Position numbers and translations under genes: made by a program. DNA of 64,000 nucleotides. Origin: Schmidtea nova. Lineage: Eukaryota. This document shows, piece by piece, positions 1 to 12,650 of this stretch. How positions within the stretch are numbered: position 1 is the first letter of the stretch; every line of letters starts with the position of its first letter. The notes under the pieces were generated by a model. It was not told where the DNA came from and ran no database searches. It was given only the letters and a program-made list of their open reading frames with translations. The stretch lies in NCBI GenBank assembly GCA_044892505.1, contig CM097883.1:159836001-159900000 (forward strand), read 5' to 3'.

Positions 1-540
1 GAGTTTTGATTGTTCGTTTAAAGTTTGAGTCACCTCAATTGAGTCCTCTAAAATACCCGATAAACTAGCTTCTTCACTTATGCCAAAGTTTGAAAAATTA
101 GTTGAAGTTGATGAATTAGCATGAGATTCTGTTTTCAACAGAAAACTATCGAGATTTCGATGTTTCTTAATGTTTTTTTCTATTTCTGCTTTTTTCTTTC
201 TTTTTGCAGCTCCACTTTCATAAGTTCTTAAGGAGCTTCTTCCCTATTTCTGGTTGAAATTTTTTTTTCTCGGAGAAATTAACTTAATATTTTATAATTT
301 TAAGATGAAATTTTTATCAATAAAAATATTAAATTATATTGCAAATCAATTGATATTAAAAAAATTTTTCATACTACTCAAAATATTTTTCGGCCTGTCT
401 GTAAATCCGGCCCTGGGTTGAATATGCCTGTAAAAGGTAAACTGCGTCTCCGTGACTGATAATGCCCAGGTAATTTAGTGGGTTCAGGAATTCCTGATAG
501 AAGGCTTATGATACTCTTTTTTTTATCCCATTGCGATGTA

Positions 541-1173
541 CGTGGTGCGTTCAATAAGTACCCGACGTGACGAAGAAAACGAATTTCAAAATGGGCCATT
601 TTTATAACACAACAAGCTTAACGTATGTAGGCATCATTTCTCAACATAATGTCCATTTCGCTCCACACACTTCCGCCAACGAATAATCAACTCAGAAAAC
701 GCATTTTTGAAGAAATCTCGGGGACATGCATTGAAGAAATCCTCCAAGGCAACCTTCAAATCGTCTTTGGATCCAAACTGGGTGCCATCAACTGTGTCAA
801 AAATTTCTTGTGGCCGACCTGATTTTTCTTGATTAAAAACGGAGGTGCGACCACCTTTAAACTCTCTGACCCAATATTTAACAGTTGTCAGAGATGGGGA
901 GTCATGTATGTAAGTTGACTGCAAAAGATCGTAGATTTCACTGCACGTCTTCTTCTGCAACACAAAGAACTTGATAACGCTGCGATACTCAACGTCTGAA
1001 ATCATTACACCGACGAAAATTCAAAATGTCACAATAAAAATTTTAATGCGTTTGATAAAATAAAACAATAACTGAAATCAAAACCTATATTTATTTATTT
1101 ATTTACACAAAAAAACTAAAATTTGTCATTACATTTTTTTACCTTTGGTCGGGTACTTATTGAACGCACCACG
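541..1173 (-). mobile_element. Internally deleted mariner (non-autonomous) element
   Basis: 26-bp perfect TIR CGTGGTGCGTTCAATAAGTACCCGAC (541-566 / 1148-1173), flanked by TA on both sides. ORF 634-1005 joins a mariner N-terminal HTH (YRSVIKF...YWVREFKGGR...SGRP) in frame to the C-terminus (RWRKCVERNGHYVEK); the DDD core is deleted. Confidence 0.93.
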
Positions 1174-1950
1174 TATCTAATCTTTCTTTGTTCTTCATTA
1201 CTTTAAAATAGATATTTTACAGTTAAATATAATCGAAACCGCTAATATAAATATTTCATTCCTTTAAAATTTATCTATATTCCTCCTCAACTCAATCATT
1301 TATATCCTCATAGCTCCTCTTTGCGTTCATAATTTATGGATCAATCAAATTAAACTGAAATTTCATAACAAAAAATCACAATATAATACAAGAAAATTTT
1401 ATTTCTAAACATTTAACCCAAATTTTTCTCTACACACTAATGTGTCCAACTATATGAGCCATCTTTCTTAGTTATCGTCTTCTTCTTTCAGATCTTCCTG
1501 GATTTGATCTCTTCGCTTGTTTAGTGTGTAGTATTCCTTGTTGAAATGGTTGATGATCACTCGGAAACAATTCATTTTACCATAGATTAACAGTTTTATG
1601 GCCTTTGTGATCGCTTGCCATACAATCTCTTGATCTTGTGTAAACGCTTCCTAGCTTAACCTTAATAATTTCATTACAAGTTTTACTACCTCACGCTGAG
1701 CCATTCGTTTTCTTGAGAGCTTCTATCTGTTGTTGGGTTTTCTTAATTTTTGTAAGTTACTGGTAAACAACATTGACTGTTGTTATGGCTCCTATCTCTC
1801 AACAACCCTGCATATAAACATTAGTTAACTATGTTGTTAGTAAGAATAATTTTGTTTTCACATTTGTTAATTTAGATAATTATAATTTAAGAAGTATTTA
1901 TATACTTACAAGTTTAAATGCTAAATATAGAAATGAGTTTTCCTCTAAAA

Positions 1951-4349
1951 CAGTGGTACGCAAACTTTTTACCTCCCGGCACAAAATAGGAAAAAAAAGT
2001 CAAGGCACAAATAGAAAGAATGTATCTTTTATATAGAATTTTTTTAATAAAATGAAATTACATGTATATAATTTATTTAATGGGATGAGTGCGCTTGTTT
2101 TTTGTCGCAAATAAATTTTATACGTGGTTTCGATTTTTGTTAAACAAACTCGCAGCTCATCATCCAACATTAGCAATCGCTCTCTCTTTTTAGATTTAAT
2201 CTCTGTGAGTGCAGAGAATCCGAATTCGCACAGATATGAGGATCCAAATGGCAGCAGAGATTTGATGGCTTTTAAACTTAAATCAGGATATTGACTTTTT
2301 ACGAAAATCCAAAATTCTGGCAAGTCCTTCTCAGCAAGCGCAGCTTTCAAAACTACATCATTTTTCAATTCAATGAGTTTTTCTTCTTCTGCCAAAGACA
2401 GAGACACATCATTGTGGCATATGAATGGATTTATCACCCAACAATATTGTGAAGTATCAAGCGACGGAAAATATTTGGAGAAAGATGAAAAAAGATTTTG
2501 CAATGTTTCATAGATTTGGTTCATTATTTTGCTCTGATTTTGAGAAGCATGGACACCTGGCAAAAATTCAATGTTATTTTTTTTTGTCTGTCTGATCCAA
2601 AGTTGCAGTTTTTCATCGAATGCTTTGAGTTTTCCTGTAATTGTGATCATATTTTCTTTCTCACCTTGCAGACTTAAATTAAGTAAGTTCAATTTTTCAA
2701 ATAAATCGTTCAGAAAAATAACTTCCAGCCACCATATATCGCTTTCAAGAAACTCGAACTTACCACCTTCAGTAGAAAAATAGGAAATAATCTCAGTTCG
2801 CAAACTGACAACACGAGCAAGCACTTTCCCCTTCGAGAGCCATCGGACTTCTGTATGAAATAGTAAACTTTTGTGATCTGAATCCATTGCCTCACATAAA
2901 GACGTAAATATTCTTGTCCGAAGCGGATTTGACTTGATGTAGTTCACTACTTTGATTACTTCATTCATTGTTTGCAGAAGCTGAGTGGGCAGAGCTTTTG
3001 AAACTAAAACTTCTCGATGAATCATACAGTGCACAATTTTTACTTGTGGATTGCGATGCAAAACATAAGCAACAACGCCTTTGTTCCGTCCTTGCATTGC
3101 TGGAGCTCCGTCAGTGCAGACACTAACACAGTTATCCCATTGGAGTCCCTTTGATTGAACTTTTTGATTGACCAGCTCAAAAACATCTTTTCCCGTGGTA
3201 ATTTTCGTCAGCTCACTACAGAAGAAAAATTGGTTTTTAATTTTTCCTTCTCTGATGAATCGTAGAAACGCAATCAACTGAGCTTTGCTACTGATATCAG
3301 TCGATTCGTCAATTTGAAGCGCCCAAAGTTTTTCAAGTTCATCTGTATTTGCTACGAAATGCTCATGAATCTGATTGTCAACGTCCTGCGACATGTGTTG
3401 AATTCTTCGAGAAATTGTATCAGCTGACAACGGAATTTGCTTAATTTTTTCGACTGCTTGATGGTCGAACATTAATTCAACGGCAATTTCTAACGCTGGC
3501 AAAATAATCTTTTCGGCATCAGTATGTGGCTTTTTATTTTTGCATAAAAGTTGAGCAATTTTATAGCTAGAAATTTGGGCTTTTTTAGGGATCGAACAAA
3601 ATACCTTAATTTGTTTTGACTGCCTTTGTAAATTAGTTCGGAGGTGGTCAAAGTACATTTTTGGTTTATTCTTCATTTCTGGATGTTTTGTTTCCAAATG
3701 TCGATGAAGCTTACTTGGTACCATTGATTCATTCGCAAGAGTTTTTGAGCAAATTAAGCAAAAAGGAAGAAAACTATCATTTTCTGATGGAATAAACCCA
3801 ATTTCAATATAGTCGTCTTGATATTTGCGCTTTGCCAAACTGTTTGATTTCGCATTTGATTTTGGATTTGGATTTTGGACATTTTCATGTCCAGTTTTCT
3901 GAGTTCTTGATACAAATTTATCCATAAGGATGCCTTGTATTAAAATAAATTAGTAATGGCTGTTAAGAAAAAAATATTAAATTACTTGCTTGGAATAACA
4001 ACAATTTAGATCACTACCAATTAATTAATAACTTTGGTCAAATCGAAGAAATATCTGGAATTTTTATCAGTTACTAATAATAAAAACTGAGGAACCATTT
4101 TTTCCATTTTTTTAAATTGCTTTTTGCTTGTGTTATTTTTGAATCTAGATAAGAGTGCCATTTTCTGGTGATTTAAACAAAAACGATTTTTTTATAAATA
4201 AATTAATAATTGATTTTAATATATAAATATAATTATATTTAATTAAATTTCTACATAGAAATAATATAATAACATAATATAATAGCGGCACATTTTAAAT
4301 TCTTTTACGGCACACTAATATGCCGCGGCACATAGTTTGCGTACCACGG
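1951..4349 (-). mobile_element. hAT DNA transposon, Buster/Charlie type
   Basis: 16-bp TIR CAGTGGTACGCAAACT (1 mismatch at the right end). Perfect 8-bp TSD CTCTAAAA (1943-1950 / 4350-4357) with the central TA typical of Buster elements. Confidence 0.96.
2000..3925 (-). CDS. hAT (Buster/ZBED5-like) transposase, 641 aa as annotated; probable 1-nt frameshift near the C-terminus
   Basis: BED finger CLIC...LHRHLETKH, LQIDESTD, CTDGAPAM, HCMIHRE, EVRWLS, SYLCEFGFS. Removing one A at ~2128-2130 restores the family-type end IEPRIKFICDKKQAHSSH* (stop 2077-2079). Confidence 0.93.
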   Translation of the reverse strand: MDKFVSRTQKTGHENVQNPNPKSNAKSNSLAKRKYQDDYIEIGFIPSENDSFLPFCLICSKTLANESMVPSKLHRHLETKHPEMKNKPKMYFDHLRTNLQRQSKQIKVFCSIPKKAQISSYKIAQLLCKNKKPHTDAEKIILPALEIAVELMFDHQAVEKIKQIPLSADTISRRIQHMSQDVDNQIHEHFVANTDELEKLWALQIDESTDISSKAQLIAFLRFIREGKIKNQFFFCSELTKITTGKDVFELVNQKVQSKGLQWDNCVSVCTDGAPAMQGRNKGVVAYVLHRNPQVKIVHCMIHREVLVSKALPTQLLQTMNEVIKVVNYIKSNPLRTRIFTSLCEAMDSDHKSLLFHTEVRWLSKGKVLARVVSLRTEIISYFSTEGGKFEFLESDIWWLEVIFLNDLFEKLNLLNLSLQGEKENMITITGKLKAFDEKLQLWIRQTKKNNIEFLPGVHASQNQSKIMNQIYETLQNLFSSFSKYFPSLDTSQYCWVINPFICHNDVSLSLAEEEKLIELKNDVVLKAALAEKDLPEFWIFVKSQYPDLSLKAIKSLLPFGSSYLCEFGFSALTEIKSKKRERLLMLDDELRVCLTKIETTYKIYLRQKTSALIPLNKLYTCNFILLKKFYIKDTFFLFVP

Positions 4350-5054
4350 CTCTAAAATATTGACGATTTTGGATCATGCATTTTATAACCCTTTATGTAG
4401 ATATAACAGTTGCTTTTAAGAAAATTTATGCATACATTAGTAGATGGATATTTACTCGAAGTTAGTAGATATGACACTATTAGCAACAAGGACACATATC
4501 TTACAAAAATTCAACAATAGGGTATTGATATAGTCATAAAAGTGGGTTCTTATAATTATGATTTTTTATTTTCAATCTGCAAAATGTGACGATATACGTA
4601 CTTAAGGGAAATAAGGTGGAAATAAGAATTAGGTGATATAAATGAGAATTGCTAACTTCCAATAACAATATTAACATTCGCATTATGAATAATAAGATGT
4701 TAAAGTTGAACAAAATTAATTCTTTACAGATAAATCAACGAACATATAGATATTCAATTGAAGATCAATTTTCTGATAATTCGATTTTTTCCATACATTC
4801 CCAGGTTTTTTTACTCCGATCCTTGAATCCATTTTTTCATTTGACCCATACGCTCCGCGTACTTTGGCGGGGGCTATTGTAGTGCCTCCGTTATTGATAT
4901 ATAAGTACAATATTTTTATATACAGTAATTTAATTAAATATTATATCTTTATATTTATATATTAAAATCAAATATTGATTTATTTATAAAAAAACAAAAT
5001 TGTTTAAATCGCCAAAAAACATTCTTTTTAGCTGGATTCAAAAATAAAGCAAGC

Positions 5055-5170
5055 AAGAAATAAACACTCAATCATCTAAAAGAAGAAATAAACACTCAAT
5101 CATCTAAAAGAAGAAATAAACACTCGATATCTAAAGGAAGAAATAATCACTCAATCATTTAAAAGAAGAC
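5055..5170. repeat. ~28-bp tandem repeat, about 4 copies
   Basis: AAGAAATAAACACTCAATCATCTAAAAG repeated with increasing divergence. Confidence 0.85.
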
Positions 5171-5227
5171 ATAATCAATCGACAATTACATTTGAATAAT
5201 AATAAAATGTTTAACTATGTTATAGCC

Positions 5228-5555
5228 CAACGGTGGGCAAATGCGGCTCTTGGAGCCTCATGCGGCTCTTCGTTGAGTAAACTGCGGCTCATTGATAATT
5301 GAATTTGAAAATTGAATTCGATTTTTATTACTTTTTATTAATGGATTTTCATTACTTTTTATTAATGGATTTTTATTATATTATATTTTTGTTACTTAAA
5401 TTTTGAAATAATTATTTTCTTTTTTTTTTAATAGCGTTTAAGTCTTTTTTAATCAAATTAATGAAATAAAAAAATGTGTACTTTACTATGGTGGCTCTTT
5501 AAAAAATAAATTATCGGAAATTGTCTCTCATTGAACTCATGCGTGCCCACCCTTG
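5228..5555. mobile_element. hAT (Buster/Charlie-type) MITE
   Basis: 12-bp TIR CAA(C/G)GGTGGGCA, perfect 8-bp TSD TTATAGCC (5220-5227 / 5556-5563), subterminal TGCGGCTC repeats. Confidence 0.9.
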
Positions 5556-6300
5556 TTATAGCCTTATTCTATCTTATTTCAGCAGCTAAAATTATGATCA
5601 AAATAATTGAGATTTTGAAATGAAAACGAGTTTTGGACCAGACTGAATTACATATGTGTACTGAAGAGCTCTTTGTCGACGAAATATTGTTTCTTGATGA
5701 GGATGTTGGTTGTAGAAATATGTTATGGATGAAAATTTCGAATACACATCTCTAATGAATGAGGTGAATATCGATGAATCGGCAATTTCGCTATTAAAAT
5801 AACTATCACTGGCACTCAACTTGCTTCAACTCTGTTGTATATTCAACACTCCATTACGTTTGATGAATGTTATGCGATGATGAGTAAAAGTGAATGTTTT
5901 GAATACAATATTATAAATTCAGATAAATTACAATACGATAAATAAGAATTATTATTACTTTGAAAAACTTATTCTTGACCAAAACACCGTCCCTATACAT
6001 CAGCATATAAGATGAGGTGTCGAGGATGGAAGAGCGTTGTCCCTATGGAGACATGGGCACGGTAAACAGCATAGCGCTATTCACCGGCGATCCAATTAGG
6101 CTACCTGGTTGATACTGGATCATGCTATTCAAGCATCTAGAACCAACTTCGGAAGGTATGGACGAAAAATTTATTTTATTAATAGTATAAATTCAAATTA
6201 GAATTGTAAGATCCTTATTTTAGATTCATGGAAAAATGCATGACAAAATAAGAAAATTGATAGAAATGAGTATTGAATTCAAAATATTTATTTTCATAAT

Positions 6301-7398
6301 TAGTGGGTTGTTGACCTTCAAGATGACCTTGACGTTGTTATGGCTCCCATCAACAGCTCAACACATAAAACATTAGTTTAACCATTTTGTTGCCCATCAC
6401 AATGTAACGTTGGTAATGCAAAAATGGGTAAATGTCCGCAAACAGTGAGCATCGAAAATTCGAAACTATGATTGACCGAACATCTCAGTGGGTTCAATGG
6501 CTATCGATAGAAGGTTTAGTGTCCATTTTTGTCACAAATTTAACGATTAATCTATGAAAATTCTTTGAAATTTTTAGTAATAAAAAGAAATAAATTAAGC
6601 GCCTCGGAACAGCTCACTTCACGGTCCGCTCTATAATCTCACTAAACCGAATTATTCAGAAGAGATTCTAAAATATTTTAGTGATTCGATAGATATTTTA
6701 TTTTTTATTGACTTCATGTTGTTATTGACCCATCAATCTCAAATATGGCAAACGACACGTTCAAACATGTAAATGAACAAAACAATTTTGATACGTATAA
6801 TTAAGTAAGGAAAATATAAAAAACATAGAATATATATCAATTTACAATCGGAGTCATGATTTCAGTTATCGATGGATAAATCAATAGTCTCTACCGAGAC
6901 TTTCCAAAGTTGTCCCAGGAGCCGGTCCTCTTGTCACCGTTTTTGGCGGGCACGAACTCCTTTGCTCGGTAGCCACTTCTTTGGGCGATCTATTTTTGAG
7001 TTCTTTGGTAATTGAGCTGGGACGACAGGCTCCTCCATTCGTACTGGGAACAATTCTAACGCAAGAAATCCGGATTTTGATGGTTATGGTGCTGACACTT
7101 TGCCGGTATCTATTCTCATTTGGGCGATTTCGGCATATTATAAGCTTCAATGCCCGGATCTAAAGCGCGTCTCGGCTGTCTGCTCATGTGGCAGCTTGTT
7201 CTGCTTCTGCATCTTCTCGGTGCAATCCACATTCGTCCACGTTGATTCTATTTTTCGGCACCGAGAACGGAACTTCTTTATACGCTCCGTCATGGTCCAG
7301 AGCTCTTCCCAGAGAAACTTCCTCTCCTCCTCCATCTCGGCAACGTGGATTATTAATTTCCTTATGCTCCTTTTCGTCTTAGTCATCTGGGCCAACAT
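6301..7398 (-). mobile_element. Decayed LTR 3' part of a second (divergent) giant-type LTR family: ORF-B homolog plus U5 element
   Basis: Pseudogene 7398->6863 (one frame, 4 internal stops) homologous to the peptide at 57373-57611 (PKKWLPSKGVRARQKR*QEDRLLGQL vs PKRWKPSKGVRVRRKRRQEARLLGQL). It is followed by the ~230-nt element 6535->6301. Confidence 0.65.
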
Positions 7399-7617
7399 TA
7401 CCTCCTTACCGTGGAAAAACTTTTTTTTTATGCAAACGTGTATTTCTTTCTTTCATAATTTGATATGTTATGTTGTCCTGGCAAAATAAAATGTTTTTCT
7501 AAGTGAAAATGAGTTGTCTTTTAGAAATTGTGAGGAAAATAACAAAAACCTGAATTATCGTACTTTTTTTAAAAAAGATTTTAAAATTTATTTTAACACT
7601 GCTTAAAATGTTCTATA

Positions 7618-8070
7618 CTAAATTGTACTTTTCAATAACGAACTAAACTGATTCGTATATTCGATGTCAATTGTCTTTTTGTAATCATATTTGATGTGAT
7701 AAACACCTAAACATAGTGCTGTATCACACTCCGGACAGTATCGTGTCTTTTTAAGAAATTTTCTTCCATGGGGACCAGGTCTGTTGCAACACACTTTACA
7801 CCTCTTTGTTGGTGCTTGTTTTACAGCATTGGCTGGAATGAACATAAGGAAATGTCGAGTAGTTAGACGTAGAGGATTACCGGTTTTGTTCAATAGTCTA
7901 CCTCGGCGTTGAAATTGATCAGGAACATGATATTTCTCGAGATGTCGTTCGGTCAATTTGACTATAAATTGTAAATGACTAAGTTTTGGTGTATCTGTCT
8001 TTTCTCCAGTGTGTATAGTAAGTAAATTGTTTACTACAATGACTGCAACAAAATGGCTTTTCTCCGGTGT
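7618..8070 (-). pseudogene. piggyBac transposase C-terminal fragment (cysteine-rich domain)
   Basis: KLSHLQFIVKLTERHLE...RLTTRHF...PTKRCKVC...KTRYCPECDTALC matches the PGBD-type C-terminus. Approximate limits. Confidence 0.75.
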
Positions 8071-9380
8071 GCATACCGAGAAAATTGTTTACTAAAATAA
8101 ATGAGCTATATTATGTAAGTGGCTATTACTTACTTAGAAATAGGGTCTAATGCGCGCACAATATAGCCAATGATCGTATCAGATGTAGGTATGCAGAATA
8201 TATAAATTGTTCATGCACTTACTCTGTAGATTCCAATCTTACTAATAAAAACTATGCAAATACATGTCCATACGAATACATGTACGCATACATCTACACA
8301 AGCTATACTATGCATAAATTATAATCATAATAAAAAGTTATAATTTATAATTATAATAAAATCATAATAAAATCATAATAAAAGTTTTTTTTTCTTTCGT
8401 ACATATTTGTTCTTGTCTACTTTCCACTTTCACTTTTGGCTTCACGTGATGACCTACTTTTATCATCCACTGTTGAACTGGCTTTTGGATTAGCAGCCCT
8501 ATACATTTCCTATGCTATTTTCGTATTAACACGAATTTACTCGGGACGCACGGCACACAGAAGACTTTTACATCTGATGACGAGTTAACTCGTGACACAC
8601 GGTAAATGGATTAAATCCATTTTCGCTTCTATTTCCTGTAAAAAAAAATAAAAAATAAAACATCAATGACAATCTTTATCAAAAACATCTTCCTGCACTC
8701 ATTCACATTCCTCAATCTCCAGACAATCATTTTAGTCACCCCTCAATTCAGGACTAAGGTCTTTCTTTCTTAAATGTACATCTGCGGCGATATTTATTCA
8801 CTATTATTTTGCGTTCAAGTGGCTATTGTTTTCTTTATTTTGAACTATTTGATTCCCGACTTAAGATTTTAGTTAAATCAATCTTAATTATTCGTTTATT
8901 AGTCCCCCTTTCGTAAGATTAAATTAAAATTTTAGGCAAATTTAACATCTTAAAATTTGAATTATCGCCGAGGCCGTAGCGACGGTAACGTTAAATTGCA
9001 ATAAATAAACGTTTGTCAATCCTATATGTTTTATTGGTTATTTAAATTGGTAAAGATTTTAATTTTAATATTATATATGAGATTAGTATCTTGCCAGTCC
9101 CCTTGTCTACTAAATTGACGTAAAAAATTTAATCTATATAATTATTTTAGGCAAAATTCTAAAATCAACGAAATTTGATTGGTCAGATTTTTATATGGTA
9201 ATGGTTTTACTATAATATATGTTATTGATTTTATTTCTATTTTAGGATCGGAGGAAATATTTGTGATAATTGATTATTATTTTTGTTTGAATAATGTTAA
9301 AAACGTTATTGCCATTTTTTTATAAATTCTTAATAAAGTCATTCTTGTGCGTTCGACTTCAAGCTATCGCGGCTAAATTC

Positions 9381-10085
9381 ATGGAATTTATTAAATACAT
9401 TGAAAAATTTGATGGAACGGGTGACGTGACGATATGGTTCTCCCAAGTAAGAACGATAGCTCTCATGCAAAAGATTGAAAACCTGGAGATGTTTCTGCCG
9501 ATACTGATGAAAGGAGACGCATATGCGGTGTATCAGCATTTCAGCGATGAAGTCAGAGGAAGTTTCATCAAGACCGAAGCAGCAATGAAGAGAGCCTTCT
9601 CTATGTCAATGTTTCTTGCCTTTGAGAAATTGAAGAATCGATCATGGAACAACGAGCCTGTCGATGTTTATCTGGCCGAACTAACATCTCTAGGTAAATT
9701 ATCTGGGGTCAATGATGCCGTTATTAAATGTTTGTTCGTTACTGGACTTCCAGCGCCAATATCACAGTCACTACAGGCTATTCCGAACATTGAAACAATG
9801 GCAATGGATGCTGTCGTACAGATAGCTCGAGCTATGTTAAGTAATTCAGTTTCTCAACAAAGTTGTATGCTGGGAGTAAAGGAAAGAAGAATTTTCAATT
9901 CTAATGACCAAATGTGTTCGTTTTGTGGAAAGAAAGGGCACAATGAAGATTCATGTTTCCGAAAAAGCAAACAATGTTGGATATGTGGTGATAAAGCCCA
10001 CCTCGCGCGATCGTGCCCAAAGAAACAGACGGGAAACGCTATTGGAGTAACACGTGCGCCAGTGTTCACTCCGGAAAAGCAATAA
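9381..10085 (+). CDS. gag: Gag of compact Gypsy (capsid plus 2 CCHC knuckles)
   Basis: Likely start ATG 9381 (MEFIKYIEKFDG). Knuckles CSFCGKKGHNEDSC and CWICGDKAHLARSC. Confidence 0.9.
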   Translation: MEFIKYIEKFDGTGDVTIWFSQVRTIALMQKIENLEMFLPILMKGDAYAVYQHFSDEVRGSFIKTEAAMKRAFSMSMFLAFEKLKNRSWNNEPVDVYLAELTSLGKLSGVNDAVIKCLFVTGLPAPISQSLQAIPNIETMAMDAVVQIARAMLSNSVSQQSCMLGVKERRIFNSNDQMCSFCGKKGHNEDSCFRKSKQCWICGDKAHLARSCPKKQTGNAIGVTRAPVFTPEKQ

Positions 10086-12650
10086 TGGCGCTGCAGACTG
10101 TCGTTGTAACTGTCAACGGAAGGACTTCCAAAGCTTTAATAGATTCAGGTTGTACCCAATCTATTATTTTGTCATAGTTGGACAGCGGTCCGTATGGGAA
10201 GAGTGAGAGTGTGCTGGTGGCTGATGGATCATTGGCCAAGAGTCTGGGAACCGTTGAGGTTAACATTGTTATTAGAAAGACAAGTCTGCGAGTGGTCTGC
10301 CTGGTGATGGAAAACCTTCCAAGAGATTTTGGTGTAATTTTGGGAATGGATGTTATAGGAATGCTCGGTGGGGTGAATATATCAAGACAAGGGGTATCGT
10401 TTCCTTTAGCCAGCGCCGTGGGGAGAAAGTCCGATTTCTTGAGGGCAGACGAACGTCATACCGAGTCTCTGGAAATTAGAGATGAAGACTTTCAAGCCGA
10501 TTTCCTTTCCGGTAATTGGACAGTGAGCTGGAAATGGAATTAAACCAGAGCTACGCAATGGATTCGACGCGGAAATCACAGAATGGATTAGAAACAGTTG
10601 GTTAACGCCTTATGAAGGAAACTCTGATGGTATACTGCCATTAATGGCAGTTAATCAGTCTAACAAAGGAAAAATACGACCAGTACTTGACTATCGCGAA
10701 CTGAATAAATATGTAACGAGCCACACGGGTCAGAGTGAAGCTTGCGACGAATCTTTACGACGTTGGCGAAGATTCGGGGAGAAAGTCGAGATGCTCGATC
10801 TGAGGAAAGCTTATCAACAAATACATGTAAATCCCGATCTGTGGGATTTTCAAAAAGTCAGATTTAAAGAAAAGATATATGCTTTGACAAGATTGGGTTT
10901 CGGTCTCAATGTAGCACCGAAAATAATGTCTGCCATAGTGCGAAGAGTGTTAGAATTACGCAAAGACATTAAAGATGCAACCGACATTTATATTGACGAT
11001 ATCATCGTAAATACGTCAAAAGTACAATTAGACGAAGTTGTGCGTAATCTGGCAAGATACGGGCTAGCAGTTAAAACTCCGGAAAAATTCGATACTTCTA
11101 AAGTTTTGGGATTACAGATCTCTAGATGCAAGGAAGGCAGATATTGGAGGAGAGGAAACGTAATCAATGAGATGGGACCATACGAAGCGATGACGAGGAG
11201 GGAGCAATTTTCCTTGTGCGGTCAGCTGGTCGGTCACTACCCGGTTGCTGGCTGGTTGCGGATTGCATGTAGTTATGTTAAGCGTCAGAGTACCGGTTCA
11301 ACGTGGGAAGATACAATTGGAGATTATGCTTCCATGATAATAGCTGAAATTATCGAACTCGTTAAGAAAGATGATCCAGTTCGTGGAGTTTGGCATGTTT
11401 CACCGACAAAAGATGGAGTTGTATGGTGTGATGCAAGCAATCTGGCTCTTGGAGTTTGTCTTGAAATCAACGGAGAGATCGTGGAGGATGCCGCTTAGTT
11501 GAGAAAGACAGACGACGCAGTGCATATAAACGTGGCTGAACTCGATGCTGTAATTAAAGGAATTAACCTCGCGATTAAATGGGATCTGTCGTCGATAATC
11601 GTGAAATCAGATTCTGCGACGGTCCAAAGTTGGCTGGTGTCATTACTGACAGATAATCATCGAGTAAAAACTCATGGATCTTCCGAGATGCTAATTCGTA
11701 GGCGTCTACAAATTATTCATGAACTTCAACTGACATACAACTTAAAGATAGCCGTGGAGTTTGTCCCGACCGAGAAAAACAAGGCCGATGTTTTAACTAG
11801 AGTTAAGAAAGCTTGGCTTACATGGGCTAAACAACTAAGTTGTTCTACTATATCGATATCCGACAGAATAAGGAAGTGCCACGAGGCGCATCACTTCGGA
11901 GTGGATCGAACTCTGTATTTCGTAAGGAAGTTGTTTCCTAACGTATCTCGTGGAGCGGTACAAGGAGTGATATCAAACTGTATTAAGTGTCGAACGATAG
12001 ATCCGGCACCTGTAAAATGGAAACATGGAAATTTGGCGGTGAAGTGTAATTGGACCAGATTGGCGTTAGATGTGACTCACTATCGGAATAAGCGTTATTT
12101 GACGTGTATCGACTGCGGACCGAGTAGATTCGCAATATGGAGAGAGATTTGTAACGAGGATGCTGTAACCATTACTAGAATCTGTGAACAAATATTCAGA
12201 GAACGCGGACCTCCGTGCCAGTTGCTCATGGATAATGGCAGTTCATTTAGGTCTCGTCAATTAGAGGAATTTTGTGCAAAGTGGGGTTTTGGTCGTATTT
12301 TTCGATGCGCTTACCGACCATCAGGAAACGGAATTGTTGAGAGGAACCACAGGACCGTGAAGAGAATGGCGGCCCGGACAGAAGGGGATCCCCTTGACAT
12401 GGTTTACTGGTTCAACATGAGCTCCAACAGTAAATTTGAAGCGCCTTCGCGACAACTATTTACATACGAATGGAAGGATATGCAAGAAGTGGAAATCGGG
12501 AGTGACGAAATTCTGAGTCGTTATGCTAGAGGAGACAAGGTATTCTGTAAGCCGCCGAATGCAAGATGTACAAGTGTTTGGACGGAGGGTACCGTCACAA
12601 ACGTTCACTTTTCCACGAATATCGAGGTAGATGATGTGCCCAGGTTGAGC
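10031..12650 (+). pseudogene. pol: Pol (PR-RT-RNaseH-IN) of compact Gypsy, broken by stops and a deletion
   Basis: LIDSGC protease, LDLRKAYQQI/YIDD RT, CDAS...AELDAV...SDS RNase H, HHCC plus LDVTH/MDNG/VERNHRT integrase. Stops at 10175-77, 10541-43 (after a ~44-nt deletion relative to the copy at 56340) and 11496-98. Confidence 0.92.

Noticed and set aside
1480-1750. Decayed minus-strand ORF beside a partial U5-like repeat
   Set aside because: Contains a stop and has no recognisable family; its relation to the LTR family is unclear.
4716-6170. Possible host exons (4716-4910 -, 5598-5819 -, ~6011-6165 +)
   Set aside because: Short open frames with no recognisable homology or consistent gene model.
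6301-6535. tRNA-derived SINE or snRNA/SL RNA identity for the ~230-nt repeat
   Set aside because: No A/B boxes, poly(A) tail, TSD, or U1/U2/U4/U5/U6/SL sequence match. Association with ORF-B homologs and the CA terminus favours an LTR end.
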